The position numbers were made by a program, and so were the translations under genes. A DNA stretch of 37,585 nucleotides from a virus (taxonomy: Duplodnaviria; Heunggongvirae; Uroviricota; Caudoviricetes), in IMG/VR virus record IMGVR_UViG_2541047802_000015; one strand, 5' to 3'. Each line of letters begins with the position of its first letter. Position 1 is the stretch's first letter. The notes beneath the pieces are model-generated. The model was not told the origin of the DNA. It saw only the letters and a program-made list of their open reading frames with translations, and ran no database searches. Below are positions 35,199-37,585 of the stretch, piece by piece.

Positions 35199-35546
35199 AT
35201 GAAAACGACCTCAGTATTCTGGCAACCAGCCCTGCAGGCTCCCGGCGAAATTGTCCGGGGGCTGGATGATATCCGGCAGGCGATTCAAATTATCCTGCGG
35301 ACTCCCCGCGGCAGCGACCCGCATCGCCCGGAGTTCGGCAGCAATCTGCATCTTTATATCGACTGGCCTGTAGACCGGGCCATTCCGCATGTGGTGCGCG
35401 AATCCGTCGATGCCATCCGGCGCTGGGAGCCCCGCTGCCAGCTTATGTCAGTTAAACCCGCCGTCGACGGCGAACATCTTACGCTCCGGGTGAGCTGGAA
35501 AGGCTCAGACGGACAGACCCGGACTCAGGAGCTGCTATGGCGCTGA
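35199..35546 (+). CDS. baseplate wedge protein (gpW / gp25-like)
   Basis: 115 aa; size and position typical of GPW; start may be leaderless or misplaced. Confidence 0.6.
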   Translation: MKTTSVFWQPALQAPGEIVRGLDDIRQAIQIILRTPRGSDPHRPEFGSNLHLYIDWPVDRAIPHVVRESVDAIRRWEPRCQLMSVKPAVDGEHLTLRVSWKGSDGQTRTQELLWR

Positions 35547-36640
35547 CAGAACCCGATTTTATTGAACGCGATGCCGACAAAATCACGGCAGAAATGATTG
35601 CGAAGTATGAAGCGGATACCGGCAAAACGCTGTACCCGGCACAGGCAGAACGTCTGCTGATTGATCTGTGGGCCTATCGCGAAATGCTGGTCAGGGTTGC
35701 GGTACAGGAGGCAGCAAAGCAGAATCTGGTCGCCTTTGCCCGTGAGCCGATGATTGATTACCTCGGTGAACTGGTCGGTGTATACCGTCTTGCCGCGCAG
35801 CCTGCCACCACCACGCTCCAGTTCTCCGTAGATGAGGCACTGGCCATTGATGTGCTGATCCCGGCAGGCACCCGCGTCAGCGCTTCCGACAGCGTTATTT
35901 TTGCCACCGATACAGATGTGGTACTGAAGCCCGGATTGCTGCTGGTCAATGTCACGTCCACCTGTACCGAACCCGGTACCGCTGGTAACGGCTGGCAACC
36001 TGCGCAGGTCAGTCAGTTACTCGATGAGATTGATAACGTCGACCTGCTGGTGAGCAATCTGACGGCCAGTTCCGGCGGTTCAGAACAGGAAGACGATGAC
36101 AGGCTCCGGGAGCGTATCAGGCTGGCCCCGGAGTCATTCACCAATGCCGGAAGCCGTGGCGCATACCGCTTTCATGCCATGCAGGCCCATCCCAACATTG
36201 TCGATGTTGCTGTGCTTTCCCCGGTTCCCGGGACCGTAGATCTGTATCCGCTGCTCAGTACCGGTCTGCCGGACGGCGGTGTTCTCACGCTGGTAGAGAG
36301 TTTCTGCTCTGATGAGAAAGTCAGGCCACTCACTGATACAGTGCGGGCTAAAACACCAGTGAAGGTGGATTACACCATTGAAGCCAGGATTACGATCTAT
36401 CGTGATCAGGATGCCAGGTCTGTAAAAGATGCCGCTAACAGCGCCATACAGAACTGGGTGGCATCACGTGCCGCCACGCTGGGGCGTGATATTGTCCCCA
36501 GCCAGATTATCAGTGCATTGTCCGTTTCCGGGGTGTACCAGGTTGAACTGGTGACACCGGCACTGCGGGTGGTGGCAGAAAACGAATGGGCAAACTGTAC
36601 GGCAATCACTCTTAACATGAGTGGAGTGTCTGATGACTGA
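35537..36640 (+). CDS. baseplate protein J-like (Mu gp47-like)
   Basis: 367 aa; position and size typical of gpJ. Confidence 0.75.
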   Translation: MALTEPDFIERDADKITAEMIAKYEADTGKTLYPAQAERLLIDLWAYREMLVRVAVQEAAKQNLVAFAREPMIDYLGELVGVYRLAAQPATTTLQFSVDEALAIDVLIPAGTRVSASDSVIFATDTDVVLKPGLLLVNVTSTCTEPGTAGNGWQPAQVSQLLDEIDNVDLLVSNLTASSGGSEQEDDDRLRERIRLAPESFTNAGSRGAYRFHAMQAHPNIVDVAVLSPVPGTVDLYPLLSTGLPDGGVLTLVESFCSDEKVRPLTDTVRAKTPVKVDYTIEARITIYRDQDARSVKDAANSAIQNWVASRAATLGRDIVPSQIISALSVSGVYQVELVTPALRVVAENEWANCTAITLNMSGVSDD

Positions 36641-37211
36641 GCCATTACAACTCCCGCCACCGCTTGAGGGTGATATCAGTCTCAGGACGCTGGGAAGACT
36701 GGCAGGACGGCTGGATAACATCGACCTGAGCGTACTGATGGTCTTTCTCGTCGATATCGTCGACAGTTCCGCGCTGCCATGGCTGGGCGAGCAGTTCTCA
36801 CTGTCTGGCGATGGCTGGGAGCTGGCGGAATCGGACGATGTTCGCCGCATGCTTATAAAAGCAGCCATCGAACTGCACCGGTATAAAGGGACGCCGTGGT
36901 CAATCCGGGAAGTTATCCGCCGTTTTGGCTTTGGTGAAGTGGATCTGATTGAAGGCACAGGTCGTCTCAGTTACGACGGCAATCGCAGCTATAACGGACT
37001 GTTTGTTCATGGAGATGCAGCCGCCTGGGCAGTTTATCGCGTTATTCTGAAACAGCCCATTACTAACGATCAGGCCGCGATGCTGCGTCAGACGCTGGCT
37101 GCATTTGCACCGGCCCGCTGCCATCTGGCCAGCCTGGAGTATCAGTCTGTGGCCATTCGCTATAACAATACCGCCATCCATGATGGCAGTTATAACCACG
37201 GGAGCAGTTGA
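36621..37211 (+). CDS. baseplate/tail protein (P2 gpI-like, Mu gp48-like)
   Basis: 196 aa; follows the J-like gene and precedes the tail fibre. Confidence 0.6.
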   Translation: MECLMTEPLQLPPPLEGDISLRTLGRLAGRLDNIDLSVLMVFLVDIVDSSALPWLGEQFSLSGDGWELAESDDVRRMLIKAAIELHRYKGTPWSIREVIRRFGFGEVDLIEGTGRLSYDGNRSYNGLFVHGDAAAWAVYRVILKQPITNDQAAMLRQTLAAFAPARCHLASLEYQSVAIRYNNTAIHDGSYNHGSS

Positions 37212-37213
37212 TT

Positions 37214-37585
37214 ATGGGAAACCTGAATGAAACAGAAAAGTGGGAAGAAAATATCTATCAACTGGAGACATCAGATCCGGTTCTGGGTGGTGCAGACGGG
37301 ATATCAAATCGAGCCCCCCGGCAACTGGCAAACAGGACGAAATGGCTGAAGAAGAAAACGGAGGAAGCCGCACAGTCACTGGCTGAACACGTACGTTCCC
37401 GTAACCACCCGGACGCGACACTGACAGCTAAGGGGTTCACCCAACTGAGCAGTGCCACCAACAGCACCTCTGAAACGCTGGCCGCCACACCAAAAGCGGT
37501 CAAGGCTGCATACGACCTGGCAGCCGGCAAGGCGCCTGCCAGCCACACTCACCCGTGGAGTCAGATAACGGGAGTGCCTGCGGCT
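37214..37585 (+). CDS. tail fibre protein, N-terminal fragment (truncated by window end)
   Basis: ATG at 37214 open to the window end (124 codons); contains LTAKGFTQLSSATNSTSETLAATPKAVKAAYDLA, the repeat typical of P2 H-type fibres; not in the track because it has no stop. Confidence 0.75.
   Translation, partial: MGNLNETEKWEENIYQLETSDPVLGGADGISNRAPRQLANRTKWLKKKTEEAAQSLAEHVRSRNHPDATLTAKGFTQLSSATNSTSETLAATPKAVKAAYDLAAGKAPASHTHPWSQITGVPAA

Larger units (their letters stand above)
3318..37585. mobile_element. Mu-type transposable prophage with BcepMu-like divergent organisation (right end beyond window; left end approximate)
   Basis: Contiguous early arm (ner-like, A, B, gam, gemA-like, mor-like) and late arm (lysis, head, tail); no integrase; left boundary inferred in the non-coding stretch 3261-3677. 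Confidence 0.6.

Noticed and set aside
37212-37548. Two minus-strand ORFs at the right edge (69 and 96 aa)
   Set aside because: Antisense to the clear tail-fibre N-terminal reading frame that runs off the window.
1-37585. Search for CRISPR arrays, tRNA/rRNA genes and a tyrosine/serine integrase
   Set aside because: No regularly spaced direct repeats, no tRNA-like cloverleaf regions and no integrase-like ORF were found; absence of an integrase is consistent with replicative transposition by the A/B module.

Overview
Most of this window (about 3.3 kb to the right edge) is a Mu-type transposable prophage with a divergent, BcepMu-like layout, sitting next to a CP4-type island segment (1-3.3 kb) that carries a klcA-like antirestriction gene, radC-like, DUF987, and a cbeA/cbtA type IV toxin-antitoxin pair. 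The prophage has a leftward early arm (Ner-like, DDE transposase A, ATPase B, Gam, GemA-like, Mor-like) and a rightward late arm (lysis cassette with embedded spanins, Mu-like head genes, contractile tail), cut off inside the tail-fibre gene at 37585. Between them lie a small HTH repressor and a leftward accessory block (Dam methyltransferase, a 71-aa ORF, a small P-loop protein). No integrase, tRNA, rRNA or CRISPR array was seen. The strongest sequence-level observation is a conserved ~45-bp element found four times upstream of late genes, which I interpret as activator-dependent late promoters. The best candidates for an undescribed system are the P-loop/71-aa/Dam block and the terminal membrane protein at 3678-4310; neither can be assigned a function from sequence alone. 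All protein calls are from reading the translations and from remembered family features, not from database searches; coordinates of refined starts are derived from the ORF track.
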